A stretch of 59,975 nt of DNA from Antechinus flavipes (taxonomy: Eukaryota): NCBI RefSeq assembly GCF_016432865.1, contig NC_067403.1:256622026-256682000 (forward strand). Reading direction: 5' to 3'. Shown here piece after piece: positions 11,705 through 22,970 of the stretch. Each line of letters opens with the position of its first letter. Positions within the stretch are counted from its first letter, which is position 1. The position numbers and the translations under genes are program-made. The notes beneath the pieces were generated by a model. It saw nothing but the letters and a program-made list of their open reading frames with translations, did no database searches and was not told the origin of the DNA.

Positions 11705-12999
11705 CGTCACCCTGAGAAGAGAGGGGGCCTTTCAGGACCATTCAAGGGGCTGGAGCAAAGGAAATACCCCCAGGGGGAGGGGAGGAGTCGGTGTGGTGGT
11801 GGTGGTGGGTGGTCACTGGCGCTGTTGGGGGGCGTTTCCCTGCCTGGGAGGCTCAGATCCAACCCTGAAACCACCCGGCGCCCAGCTCCGGCTTCGGGCA
11901 GGGGTCACCAGGGTCTCTTTAGCCACAAGCCTCTGCCCCCAAGTCCCAGGCTGGACCTCAGAGAGGGCCGAAGGCCAGGCGGCAAGGCCCCTGCCTTAGG
12001 GGTGGATGCCCTGGGGGCTCCGCCCAGCACTATGGGGGTGCTCAGAAGGCCCGGGACCCCGGCAGGGCTGCGTAACAGGGACTGTGGAGCACAATCCTGC
12101 CTGAGGCAAAGTCACTGCCCCTTTTTGCCTTGATTTCCTTTTCTGTAAAACAAGAGGTAAGTCCCTTCTGAGTGGAAATCTAAGAACTTATAACCTTGGG
12201 TGGGCCTTAGCCTCCCTTTGGGGGCTTTAGGGAGGCAGCGGCTACAAACAATCCGCAGGCACTTCTCCTGCCTTGGGGAACTTCCATTCAGAGGTAGAAA
12301 AAGTACTTCCAGGTGAGGGTGGGTGGGTGAAGTACTTCCAGGTGGGGGGGAGGGGGAAGGTGAGCAAAGTACTTCCAGGTAAGGGGAAGATGGGGTGGGG
12401 GTAAGAAGGGGGAGGCAGCTGGGGCTGAACTTAAGGGTCCCTCAAAGAATTCTCACCCCGAGTCCAAAGAGAAAAACAAGATATGGGCCCATGGCCTGGA
12501 GGCAGGGGACCCCAAGCTGCAGGGTGGGGCCCCTGCGGAACCAAGCTCACTTCTAGAAGGAGACACTGTTTCCTGACAGAAACACAGAGGGAAAGGGGGA
12601 TCCAAAGTCCTGCTCCCCACCCCCCCACCTCCATCCTACTGGTCAGAGCCTGGACTCCGACATTCATTGGAACCCCAGCAGCCCCAGGAAAGCCCATGGG
12701 GATGAGTTACAGGAAGGCTCCCCCTTCCAGTCCCCTAAAAGGTTAATTAAGAAAAAGAACATGGCTGGAGCTCTGCAAAGGCCTACAGGCTCCTTTTCTT
12801 GCATTTCAATCTGCCCTCAGACACTTCCCAGCTGTATCTGAGCCCGACACTTCACCTCACTTTGCCTCAGTTTCCTCATCTGAAAAATGGACTGGAAGCA
12901 ACGGCCGACTGCTCCAGCCCCATTGCTAAGAAAACCCCCAAATGGGGTCAGAGCCGGGGCGCACCCCTTTAATGGCTCCCCCACACCTATTTCCTACTG

Positions 13000-14350
13000 A
13001 CCACCCTGGAGCCTCTTCTCCTAAATGGGGTTACCTTCTGGCTAAGGAGAAAGCCCTGCTGAGCGAACCCCCTCCTTGGAGGCTCCACCTCGTCCAAGTG
13101 GTTGCGGGGGAGGCCGTGTGACCCGGCGGACACGAGGGGGAGGGGCAGACCAATGGTCCCTCGGTGAGGCGGCCTTCCCCTCCCTGCTCCCCCATTTCCA
13201 CCCCTCTCGCACACTCCCGGGAAGTGATTTGTCTGGACCCTGGCTCGGGACTTTCCATTTATGCCCCACGGACTGTGATCCTCGGAGATCGGGCCCGGAG
13301 CCGGCCCGGGCCTCGGCAGACCTTCCACGTGCACGTGCGCCGCCGCTGCAGATCGAGGCGCGGAGCAGCCGGGCCGAGGTCGGCTCGTGGGGCCCACGGG
13401 GCCGCTCCTCGAGTCCCTGGGCTCACAGCCTGGGAAGGGGCCGGGGAGGGGGCGGGGTGACTGCTAAAATCTACGCACATTCTCCACGATCCCTTCCCTC
13501 CCCCAAGGCCCAGCATTCCTCCTTCCCCCGGCGCCCCGGATGGGGGGAGGGGAGAGGTGGATGGGAAGTCCCGTGAAGGCAGGCCCGGCCTCGCTTTTCT
13601 GTAACCCGTAGGCCCCTAGGCCCGCAGGCCCACGCTCAATAAGCGTCGGGGAACGGAGCCTGGCGGGGGCAGTCCCGAGTCCGGCGCGGGGGCGACTGGG
13701 GAAGGTACCCCCCATCCCGACCAACGTCGGAAGGGCGCCTCCGCGGGGGGAGGAGAGGCCCATTTTACAGAGAGGGGCACTGAGGCCCAAGGACTTGGCC
13801 ACTACTCCGGGGGATACCCCCGCCTCAGGTGCCCGGGGTCATGACCACCCTCCCCCGGCCCGGAGCAATGGTCCGGTCCGGGTCCGTGGAGCTCGCCCGG
13901 GCGGACGCTATTACCGCTCGCGCCGCGGAAAGGAGCGGGGGGGGCGCGGCCGAGACGAACCTTTCGCCGCGAGTCCCGGATCCAGACGGCTGCTCCGGGG
14001 GTCGGGGGGTGGGGGGCGGCGACAGACGCAGCCGGCGGCGTCCCGGAAGTCTCTCCTGGTTCCGCCCCTCGGGGAGGGGCCGAGCACACCAGGACGCGCC
14101 CACCGAAGAGTGAGCGGGAACTCGCTACTACGTCAGCGAAAAGCGCCGAGCCGCGAGGCACTCTGGGACGCCGCCGGCGCCTGGTGTTTCCATAGCAACC
14201 GGCGACGCTCCCCTGGCCTTTTAATTGCCTTGGAGCAAGAGGTGGGAATTTTCCCCCTCCCTCCTGCGTCCCGGATCCCCGGGCTCCCGGGCCCCCGCGC
14301 TCAGGACAAACAGCTAGAGCAGCTGCCATTGCCCCCGCCCTCTTCAGGCT
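13000..14350 (-). promoter_or_regulatory. CpG island / BRMS1 promoter and non-coding first exon region
   Basis: High CpG density, ETS motif CCGGAAGT near 14044, X-box GTTTCCATAGCAAC at 14186-14199. TSS and donor not resolved. Confidence 0.65.
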
Positions 14351-14622
14351 AGCCCTCGATTTATGCAGAGGGGGTATCAAGGTTCCTAGGGCGGAAGGGA
14401 CCCACAACCAACAGTTAATACAAGACTTTACAGCCCCTTATAAACTCATTCACTCCTTTGGGCCTCACAACAATCGGGGAGCTGAAAATACTAGACACAC
14501 AATGATTACTACCACATGACAGATGGGGGCACTGAGGCTCCAAAGTGGTTTGCTCAGACCTTGGGTCTGTCACCCTGATGCTGGAAGGGAACACCCAGAC
14601 ACGCTTGTCCACGTGAACACTG

Positions 14623-14628
14623 TTTATT
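14623..14628 (-). terminator. Polyadenylation signal for B4GAT1
   Basis: AATAAA on minus ~720 nt after the stop. Confidence 0.6.
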
Positions 14629-14899
14629 GGCATATGATCATCCAAGTGAAAGTTCCTGGCTCTTTGGGATGGGGTTTCCTCTCACCAACGGGGGTCTTTC
14701 CCCACCCATCCTGATTCCCAAAGCTGTGCCAGTCACAGATGCCAAACCTCTGAGCTGGAAGGGACCTCACAGCTCCCCTAGTCCAATTCTCGACTTTTAC
14801 AGACATGTCAGAGAGAGGAAGGGATTTGCTCCGGGTCCCACAGCAAGTCCGAGGCATCGCTGGGACTGGTGTCCGCGACTGCCAACCTCCTTCTTTCCC

Positions 14900-15000
14900 T
14901 TACATCATCAGATTCATAGTTGAAAGGGACCTTGGGCATCTAGTCCAAGTCTCTCATTTTACTGATGGGGAAACTGAGGCCCAGAAAGGGGAGGAGAGTG
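14900..15000 (+). mobile_element. MIR/CORE-SINE fragment in B4GAT1 3' UTR
   Basis: gaaagggaccttgggcatctagtccaa...cattttactgatggggaaactgaggcccagaaag (MIR core). Confidence 0.7.
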
Positions 15001-15345
15001 TCCCGAGAAGAGCGGTGGAGGCAAAGGGCAGGGACCTAGGGATATGCAGAATGAGAAGAATGAAGGACTTTTGGCTGCTATCTCTGAACCACAATTCAAG
15101 CTTCCTGAATTCAAGCTTATTTCTTCCCCCCCCAAGTCCCCACTCCCTTTCTGTCTCCCACCCCATGGAATCTTACCTCTTGGCTTTGTCACATCAGTGC
15201 TCATCACCCACCTAAAAAAGGCCCACCCCCAGGGGGAAGGACCGGGTCAGCCCCTCTTGCCTCCCTCAGGCTTGAGGGGGCAACCTGAAGAGCCAAAGGC
15301 CTCAGCCCCTGCCTTTGGAGGCCCCTCAATAGGTGGGTCAGTAGC

Positions 15346-16788
15346 TCAGCATCGCCTGGGGGAGTCTGGGTATTTCATCTTCAACTCCTGTTTAAACTGG
15401 CGGAAGAGGATTTTGTTGCGCTGATTCTCTGCCTCCTTCTGGGGGTGGAAATCCCCTGGCATCTTGAAACCCTTGTGAACCAGGAAAGCATCGTTCAGCA
15501 CCTCAAACTCGTACCCCGCCACGTGGAGTTCACAGGCCTGGCAAGGGAAGGGGAAAAAGTTAAATAAGACTGGCCTTGGTTCCCCTCCCGCCGGCCCCTG
15601 CCTCTTACCAGACACCTTTCTTGGGGCCCCTTCCCTCCCACCCCCAGAGAGAAGGGCTGGCACCTGGCTGATGCGGTTGAAGCCGTACTGGCGAAACCTC
15701 TCATCGTAGGAGGGCACTGCCCCTCCAGCCACATAGAAGGGCTCCCAGGGGTCCTGCCAGGTCACCCGATAGGCAGGGCGCAGGGGTCCCCCTGGGGGCA
15801 GAGTGAGCCATCGGGTGTAGTTGGTGGGGGCCTGGCATCGGGGGCACAGTTCAGCGTAGAATGGGCGCACATGTCCCATCTTCAGGAAACGCATCAGCTC
15901 GATCTTCGTGCGGGGGACCCGGACCCCCTGGCGGATCTCGAAGGCCGGCACCACCAGCGCCCTGCCGGCCTTGCCCTCGCCCAGGGCCAGCAGCTCCAGC
16001 AGGCCGGTCCAGAGCCCCTCGCTGGGCACCATGTCCACATCCACGACGAGGGCGTGGCCGGCGCCCTCTCGGGCCACGTTCCGCAGCAGGTTGTTGGGGT
16101 AGGAGACGTTGGTGGCCAGCGCGTAGTTGCGGCCCGAGCGGCTCCGGGCGCCCATGCTCGTGAACACGTCGGTGCAGCTGCTGATGCGCGCGAACTCGCC
16201 GGGTTCGCGGGGGTCGGGCACCGCGGCCTCGGTGCGCGCGGGGCACACCAGGTGCATGGTGAGGCGGTCGCGCACGGCCTGCGTGCAGAGCGCGCCCAGC
16301 GCGTAGGTCAGCACCGTGGCCAGCTGCGCCTCCTCCGGGCGCGCCGCGAACACGGCCACGGCCAGAGGGCCAGCCCAGCGCTCCAGCAGCGTGCCCACAT
16401 GGCCCAGGTTGCTGAGGCTGGTGTGCGTGGCCAGCAGCAGGGCATCGCGCGGGCGGCGCGAGGGGTCCCCCAGCACGTGCCGGTATACGCGGTAGTCGCC
16501 GCTGGCATCCAGGGCCCCCCCCGCGGCCAGCACGGCCCTCAGCTGCTCCTTGGCGCTCTCGGCGGCGCGGCGCTGCAGGCTGGCGCCCAGGGCCGCCCCG
16601 CCGGGGAAGAGCTGCCCGTAGCGGCGCCGCTGCTCGCGCCCGTGCAGCCCGGCCAGCAGCGACAGGTAGACGAACTGCAGCAGCGCCACGGCCAGCAGCG
16701 CGGCCAGCGCCAGCTTGTAGGCCGAGCAGCGGCCGCCCGCGTGCCCGCCGCCCGCCGCCGCCGCCGCCACCGCCAGCGGGTTGGGCAT
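15346..16788 (-). CDS. B4GAT1: Beta-1,4-glucuronyltransferase 1 (dystroglycan glycosylation, GT49), 438 aa
   Basis: Exons 15664-16788 and 15346-15537, phase-0 126-nt GT-AG intron. Type [25 protein letters not shown] motif, [18 protein letters not shown]|ACELHVAG, ends KYPDSPRRC. Confidence 0.97.
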   Translation of the reverse strand: MPNPLAVAAAAAGGGHAGGRCSAYKLALAALLAVALLQFVYLSLLAGLHGREQRRRYGQLFPGGAALGASLQRRAAESAKEQLRAVLAAGGALDASGDYRVYRHVLGDPSRRPRDALLLATHTSLSNLGHVGTLLERWAGPLAVAVFAARPEEAQLATVLTYALGALCTQAVRDRLTMHLVCPARTEAAVPDPREPGEFARISSCTDVFTSMGARSRSGRNYALATNVSYPNNLLRNVAREGAGHALVVDVDMVPSEGLWTGLLELLALGEGKAGRALVVPAFEIRQGVRVPRTKIELMRFLKMGHVRPFYAELCPRCQAPTNYTRWLTLPPGGPLRPAYRVTWQDPWEPFYVAGGAVPSYDERFRQYGFNRISQVPALLSGGGREGAPRKVSGKRQGPAGGEPRPVLFNFFPFPCQACELHVAGYEFEVLNDAFLVHKGFKMPGDFHPQKEAENQRNKILFRQFKQELKMKYPDSPRRC

Positions 16789-16789
16789 C

Positions 16790-17740
16790 GCGCTCCGCCC
16801 GGGCCGGCCGGGGCCGGGGGGAGGGGAGCGGGCGAGGAGGAGGCCGAGGCGGGCCGAGCGGAGCGAGCGCAGACGCTGCTGCCGCTGTCCCTCCGCAGCT
16901 GCTACTGCTGCCGCCGCCGGCCCAGCACTGCGGAGCCGCCGGGGAGCGCGAGCTCGCCCTCTGCCCAGCGGGAGGACGCACTGCAGCCGCGCGCCCCCCG
17001 CGGCGAGCGGGCCGCTGCCAGGCTGCCTTCTGCGGCTGCTCCGGCCCACTTACGTAGCGGAGGAAAGGGATGCTCAGTGTGTGGGGGCCGATCGCCCAGC
17101 CGAGGGGCGCGGTCTCGCTGGCAAAGTCAACGTTTCGGGAGGGGGCGAGGCACGGAGTGGGGGGCGTGCAGACGGGCCCCGCGCCTTCCTCCCCTGCCAA
17201 AAGCAAGCGAGCAAAGAAGGAAGCCATTGCGGTTGCTGTAGTAGTACCGGGATCGGGGAAGCTGCCCCGAGTGCGGCTCCCAGCGAGGAGCCCGGGCGGC
17301 GTGCTCGCCCCGGCCCCGGGAGTGCAGGGAAGCGACATCCGCAACCCACTTTGGGACGGGAGGGAGGGAGGACACAGTGCGCGCCATGCTCATGGAAGGC
17401 CATCCCCTGGCACCTGCGCCCCCTCCCGTCTGCACCCCGCCGCAATTATTGCGGGAGGGGCCGGGAGGGGATTTGCCCCGTTTCAGGAAACCGAGAGTGT
17501 TTTGGTGTGTGTGCGTACGCGCGCGTGCGTGTGCTCTGTGTGTGTGCGTGCGCGCGCGCGCGGTCCCTCTTTGCATCAGAAGTCGCACAGCCCGCCCGGC
17601 AGGAGCTCGCGCCGAGATCTCCCGCAGTTCGGGGCCAGCGAGGTCCGAGAAAGAGGAGGAAGGAGAGGAGGAGGCTGGCGCAGTGCGCGCCGCCGCCGGG
17701 CGCAGCAACAAGGGGCTGCGCGGAGGAGCGAGCCCGCGGC
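16790..17740. promoter_or_regulatory. CpG island between divergent B4GAT1 and tRNA-Ser
   Basis: Very CpG-rich, includes (TG/CG)n stretch at 17505-17560. Confidence 0.65.
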
Positions 17741-17742
17741 GG

Positions 17743-17824
17743 GACGAGGTGGCCGAGTGGTTAAGGCGATGGACTGCTAATCCATTGTGCTCTGCACGCG
17801 TGGGTTCGAATCCCATCCTCGTCG
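17743..17824 (+). tRNA. TRS-GCT: tRNA-Ser (anticodon GCT), 82 nt
   Basis: GACGAGGTGGCCGAGTGGTTAAGGCGATGGACTGCTAATCCATTGTGCTCTGCACGCGTGGGTTCGAATCCCATCCTCGTCG; intact A/B boxes, long variable arm, anticodon 17776-17778. Confidence 0.98.
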
Positions 17825-17830
17825 TTCCCC

Positions 17831-17834
17831 TTTT
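17831..17834 (+). terminator. Pol III terminator (TTTT)
   Basis: T4 run 7 nt after the tRNA 3' end. Confidence 0.7.
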
Positions 17835-18734
17835 CCGCCCGCCCCGCAGTAATTTTTCTCCTGAGATCCCTTGCAAACCCCCACGCTTAGCGGCGGCTTT
17901 GGCCAAAGGAGCGAGGGGCGCAACGATGCTGCACCCGGGCCGGCCCGGGAACTCCCAGAGATCACCCCCCCTCCCCCTTTTGGTCCCTGCTTGATCCGAA
18001 TCCGGAGGAAAGACAGCCGAGCCGTGGCTGGTGATGGTCGCCGTCCACCTCGCGGTCCCCCTGACCCCGCTTCTGCAGCCCCAAGACCCCGAGGGCAGCC
18101 TGGGGGGGAGGGGCAGGGTTTGGGTTTCAACTTAGCAAACACTGATGGGCCCAGAGCAAAGAGGCTGGAGATAAAGCTGGATCAACACAAGGCTTCTGCC
18201 CTCGGGGGGCTCCCAGGCCAGTAAGAGACCCACACACTCACACACACTCACACACAGATGTGCACACTCACACTCAAGTTTACAGCTGGAAGGGATCTTA
18301 GAGGTCATCAGACCACCCCCCTTTACAGATAAAGGAAGCGGACCCAGAGTTCAGTTCAGCACAGCATTGCCACACAAAACCTTTCCCTGTCCCGGGGCCT
18401 CCCGCAGACGTACCTGCACGAGGCCTCCTCCTTAGCTGCAAGGATACACTCTTGGGAGCAGGCCTGGCCCTGCTTTGATTTCTGCGGCTTCAGTGCTGGC
18501 ACACAGTAGGTGCTTAATAAATGCTCATCCACTGATTGAGCCTCCAGGCAGCCCTGTCCCTTTTGCCTGGACAATGGGAAGAGCTTGGGTGACTCCCCAA
18601 GGAAGATGTGACCCCCTAATGTTCATCCTTGCTAGTCCTTCCCAGCAGAGCCCAAGGCACGGGAGGACAACATCCCCCCCACCCCCAGAATAGAAAAAAG
18701 GGCATTTATTAGCATCTTAAGGTGTGCAAAGTTG

Positions 18735-18910
18735 CTTACAGGCACTTTCATGTTTGAATCTCACCCGGGAAGCAGGTGCTATTATTAAGCTCCTTTTTAT
18801 AGAGGAAGACACTGAAGCAAAGGGATTAAGTGACTTGCCCAGGGTCACACAGCCCGATGGTGTCCCAGGTGAGTCTGGATTCAGATACTTCTGAGTCTTG
18901 CCCAGGAGCT
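18735..18910 (-). mobile_element. MIR/Mar1 CORE-SINE
   Basis: tttatagaggaagacactgaagcaaagggattaagtgacttgcccagggtcacacagc...tctggattcaga. Confidence 0.65.
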
Positions 18911-19139
18911 GACCAGACAGGGTCACGTGGTTGCCTTATCTAAGCCCCTCAGAAATCAGAGGGCCCCTATTCCAAATCAGGGCGCTTCTCTCTGCTGATA
19001 GATAAGTAAAACTCAAAGCAAATCAACTAAAGGCTCCCATCTTGAAGTGAGCACTGGGACGTTGGAGCTAATTCACGGTAATTGGATTAGAATTGGAGGG
19101 CAGCTGAAAGGTCGTTTATGGGGATGTGCACCTCCCTTA

Positions 19140-19310
19140 CTGGGGCAGCCAAGGCTGGAAAAGTCATCTTTGTGAGTGTATCTCAGTTACTAGCTGCGTG
19201 CCTCAGTTTCCTCATCTGTCAAATGAGCTGGAAAAGGAAATGGCAAATCACTGCAAGTTTCTCTCCATTCCGATGGAGTCAACGGAAAATCGGGCGCGAC
19301 TGAACACAGC
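19140..19310 (+). mobile_element. Mar1-type CORE-SINE
   Basis: gcctcagtttcctcatctgtcaaatgagctggaaaaggaaatggcaaatcactgc...cgcgactgaaca. Confidence 0.7.
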
Positions 19311-19919
19311 TCTCCCCTCCCTCTCCCCTCCCGCGCTCACCCAGGCTTGGCCGAAGGCCCGCGGTGTCCCGAAACTTAGTCCCTTTCATGGCTGTTCCAT
19401 TTCGACATGGCTCCTCTCATTGTTTGGAAACTTCCAGAAATCCAGCACAAGGGGACTCCTGCGCCCCCACCCCTGGCTGGTTCAAGCCTCTGGGACCTGG
19501 AAAAACTAACCTGTCCTTAGTTTCCGGCCCATAGCAGCCCATAGGCTCTCGGAGGACTACTCAGCTCGCCATTTTGCCCCCCTCCCCTTCTCAGCTAAAC
19601 AAACCCAGTCCCTTCCATTGAGCTTCGTGGACTCCAAGCCTTCCCCCCCCCCCCAGGAGGGCCTTTCGCATGGACGCCCACTTAGCCAGCTCCTCCCTGA
19701 AATGTGGGACACAGGGCTTGCTAAAAATAGCTAGGACTGCCTACAATAGGGGGCACCGCCCACAGTGCTCCTGAGGGGGAGTCACCCATAGGAGCCAGGG
19801 ACACTGAGAACGGGGCCGCACAGATCGGAGGGGAAGTGGGGGCTTCTTTTTTAAAATTTTATTTAGAAATGTTTGGTTTTTTATACTTCATTTACTTCTC
19901 AGTTATTCCCCCTATTTAT

Positions 19920-20110
19920 CCGTGTGTGTTTGTGTGTGTGTGTGAGCGTGTATGTGTGAGTGTGAATGAGTGTGATAGTGTATGAGTGAGTGTGTGTGAG
20001 TGTGAGTGAGTTTGTGTGAGTGTGATTGTGTGTGAGTGTGTGTGTGAGTGAGAGAGTATGTGTGTGAGTGTGATTGTGTGTGGGTGAGAGGGTGTGTGTG
20101 TATGTAGCAG
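19920..20110. repeat. Degenerate (TG)n/(TGAG)n simple repeat
   Basis: Directly visible; explains the His/Thr-rich ORFs. Confidence 0.9.
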
Positions 20111-20259
20111 TATGACTGAGGGCGAGTGTACAGCCCCACACTTGCACCCCATCGCCTCTCGGCCAACAGGAAGTTCTTGTTCCAAGGTCGATCAGTACTG
20201 GGCTTGGCTGCTGCCGTCCTTCAACGTTGTCTCAGTTTGTGTTACTGTTTAACGTGCAG

Positions 20260-20771
20260 AGTGTTCCAATGTCGCCTCGGTTCCCGGATTGTTCCAGTGT
20301 CGCCTCGGTTCCCGGATTGTTCCAGTGTCGCCTCGGTTCCCGGATTGTTCCAGTGTCCCCTCGATTCCCGGATTATTCCAGTGTCCCCTCGGTTCCCGGA
20401 TTGTTCCAATGTCGCCTCGGTTCCCGGATTGTTCCAATGTCCTCTCGGTTCCCGGATTGTTCCAATGTCCTCTCGGTTCCCGGATTGTTCCAGTGTCGCC
20501 TCGGTTCCCGGATTGTTCCAATGTCGCCTCGGTTCCCGGATTGTTCCAATGTCCCCTCGGTTCCCGGATTGTTCCAATGTCGCCTCGGTTCCCAGATTGT
20601 TCCAGTGCCGCCTCGGTTCCCGGATTGTTCCAGTGCCGCCTCGGTTCCCGGATTGTTCCAGTGCCGCCTCGGTTCCCGGATTGTTCCAATGTCCTCTCGG
20701 TTCCCAGAGTGTTCCAATGTCGCCTCGGTTCCCAGATTGTTCCAATGTCCTCTCGGTTCCCAGATTGTTCC
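20260..20771. repeat. 28-bp minisatellite, ~18 copies
   Basis: Unit CGCCTCGGTTCCCGGATTGTTCCA(G/A)TGT; period confirmed at 20301/20329. Confidence 0.97.
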
Positions 20772-21405
20772 TTTGCTTGTACTTTCCTGAGCCTCTGCCG
20801 GTTCATGCAAACATTAATTCTCCCGGTTCTCTGGCTTCCTCCAGTTTCTCCCTTGTGGCACAATAATATTTCATCAGTCTGACAGAGAAACGGGAAAAAA
20901 GAGCAGCGTGGGACAGAGGCGAGAGCGGGCCTTGGGGGCAGCACAACTGGCTGCTTGAAGGGTCCCGGGTAACACTTCATTTCTCAGTCCCGGCATCTCG
21001 CCAGCTCTGGAGAGAAAGGGCCCAGTATCGGGCCCAGTCCCGTTCCCACATTCATATCCCCCAGCTGGTCCGGCCCTTCGCAGTCAAGGGTCGCCTCATT
21101 TCATTTGTCTCTTGTTCCTCGATTTCTCAGAAGGGCGACCAGCAACTTTTAAAAAACAAATTCACTATGGGGACTTCTTTCCTCTTCATAACCTTGAAAT
21201 CTTAGGTCAATCATGAAATGATTAGGTCAAATTTCTTTTTCTTCTGTCATTCCAAGCTGTTTTCCCAAGCGATGGGCCAACTGGAAGCTCTGCCGATGCT
21301 GTAGTTACGCCTGATTTCTCACTGCCCCCCCCCCCCCCAAAAAAAAAATCAGTCTTTCTTCATCCTAGAAAACAGGATTTCGGAGAGACCTTGAAAATTG
21401 CTTTC

Positions 21406-21741
21406 AGAACGCTGGGAGAGGACTAGGAACCACGACATAGAATTCCCAATCCCGCTACTTTTTGTCCGCCTGAATTTCTGATTTCCTTCACAGGCTAATT
21501 GTACAATATTCCAAAGTACGATTCTTTTTGTGCAGCAAAATAACTGTTTGGACATGTAGACTAACATTGTATTTAATTTATACTTTAACATATTTAACAT
21601 GTATGGGTCAACCTGCCATCTGGGGGAGGGGGTGGGGGGGAAGGAGGGGAAAAGTTGGAACAGAAGGTTTTGCAATTGTCGATGCTGTAAAATTACCCAG
21701 ACATATAACTTGGAAATAAAAAGCTATTAAAAAAAAAAAAA
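21406..21741 (+). mobile_element. 5'-truncated L1 3' end with poly(A)
   Basis: agaacgctgggagaggactaggaaccac...ggaaataaaaagctatt(A)n; same family as copies at 51-57 kb. Confidence 0.88.
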
Positions 21742-21754
21742 GAAGAAGAAGAAG

Positions 21755-21861
21755 AAGTCAGGAGGCCTGAGTTCAAATCTGGACTCTTAGCGCTTCCTAG
21801 CTGTGTGACCCTGGGCGAGTCACTTAACCCCAATTGCCTCAGCAAAAACAAATAAATAAAA
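21755..21861 (+). mobile_element. WSINE1-type SINE (5'-truncated)
   Basis: gtcaggaggcctgagttcaaat...tgtgaccctgggcgagtcacttaaccccaattgcctcagc(A)n. Confidence 0.8.
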
Positions 21862-21867
21862 TATCGA

Positions 21868-22045
21868 TGACCCCTTTGGGGGTTTTCTTGACAGAGACTG
21901 GAGGGATCTGCCAGCTCCTTCTCCTGCTCATTTTACAAATGGGGAAACCAAGAGGCGAATAGAGTGAAGGGACTTGCTCAGGGTCTCACAGCTAGCGCCT
22001 GGGTCATCTTGGAATTCAGGAAGATGAGTGCTGTGGTGTCACCTA
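21868..22045 (-). mobile_element. Mar1-type CORE-SINE
   Basis: gacccctttgggggttttcttgacagagactgg...cattttacaaatggggaaacc. Confidence 0.65.
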
Positions 22046-22964
22046 GTGGTGGAGAGTTTCCTTGCTGCCTCTGACTGATCGTTCACGGCTCTGCTGTCTG
22101 TCACATTTTACAGAGGAGGAGCTGGGTTCAGAATATGTGACTGGGCCTTCAAGGCCATCCAACTATTATGAGAAGGAGGGAGAGGAGGCGGCACGTACCA
22201 GCCAGTCCCTTCCTCCTCCCCATCAGGACGCCGTCTCCCCCCCTCCTCCCAGTGCAGAGAGCCCAGGACCGATCCCTAAGCCGGGGGGTGCCTCCAGCCC
22301 ACAGAAAATGGTTCAGCTCCAGGACCTATGGATTTGTCAGTGGAACCTCGGGAGAGAAAAGCCTGATGGCCGGTTTTGCTGCTGCCCCGGAGGACCCTGG
22401 GACCTTTCCACTCAACTGCCCACAGGACGTCTCTCCCGTTACGATGAAGGCTCCTCCCAGTGCAGGCTGACTCCTCTGTGGGCCTGCACACAGTAAGTGC
22501 TTAATAAGTGCTCTTGCATTCCCGCCAGTGCCCCAGGAAGTATCTGAGCCAGCGCTCCGTCCGCTGCGTCCCTCCGAGCTGCGTCTGGGCTTTCTGGGGT
22601 TTTCCGAGGCCCGCTCACCCTTAAGCCGCTTTGAGTTACCGACGTCACCCCCGCTCCCAAGCTATGGGTCAGGTGGTCAGCGAGCATTCCCAGGACCCCC
22701 CGACCCTCGATGCCCCGCCAGGCCCCGGCTCAGTCACGTCTGCCCTAAACGTGCTTCTGGCTGCTCCTCCTTGGGCTTCTCTGTCCCCCACAAGAGGGCA
22801 CTAGGTGACAATCAGTTAGCTCATGTTGAGGGCACTAACCGTCCGATGTGGGCCCAGCCTGGACGGAACCAAGGCACGTGCCCGGGGCCGGAGGTTACCC
22901 AGTGCGGGGGACGTGTCCGAGAAGAGGCAGGAATAGCTACACGTGACGCATAAAAAGCCAGCCA

Positions 22965-22970
22965 TTTATT
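22965..22970 (-). terminator. Probable polyA signal for SLC29A2
   Basis: AATAAA on minus ~1.96 kb beyond the stop. Confidence 0.45.

Noticed and set aside
16789-17049. 87-aa N-terminal extension of B4GAT1 in the track
   Set aside because: Starts at GTG; homology begins near the ATG at 16788.
15851-17344. 497-aa and 456-aa ORFs overlapping B4GAT1
   Set aside because: Shadow frames of a GC3-rich CDS.
20126-20980. Repeat-protein ORFs in several frames
   Set aside because: Artefacts of the stop-free 28-bp minisatellite. TTCCCGGAT also misses the STAT GAS consensus.
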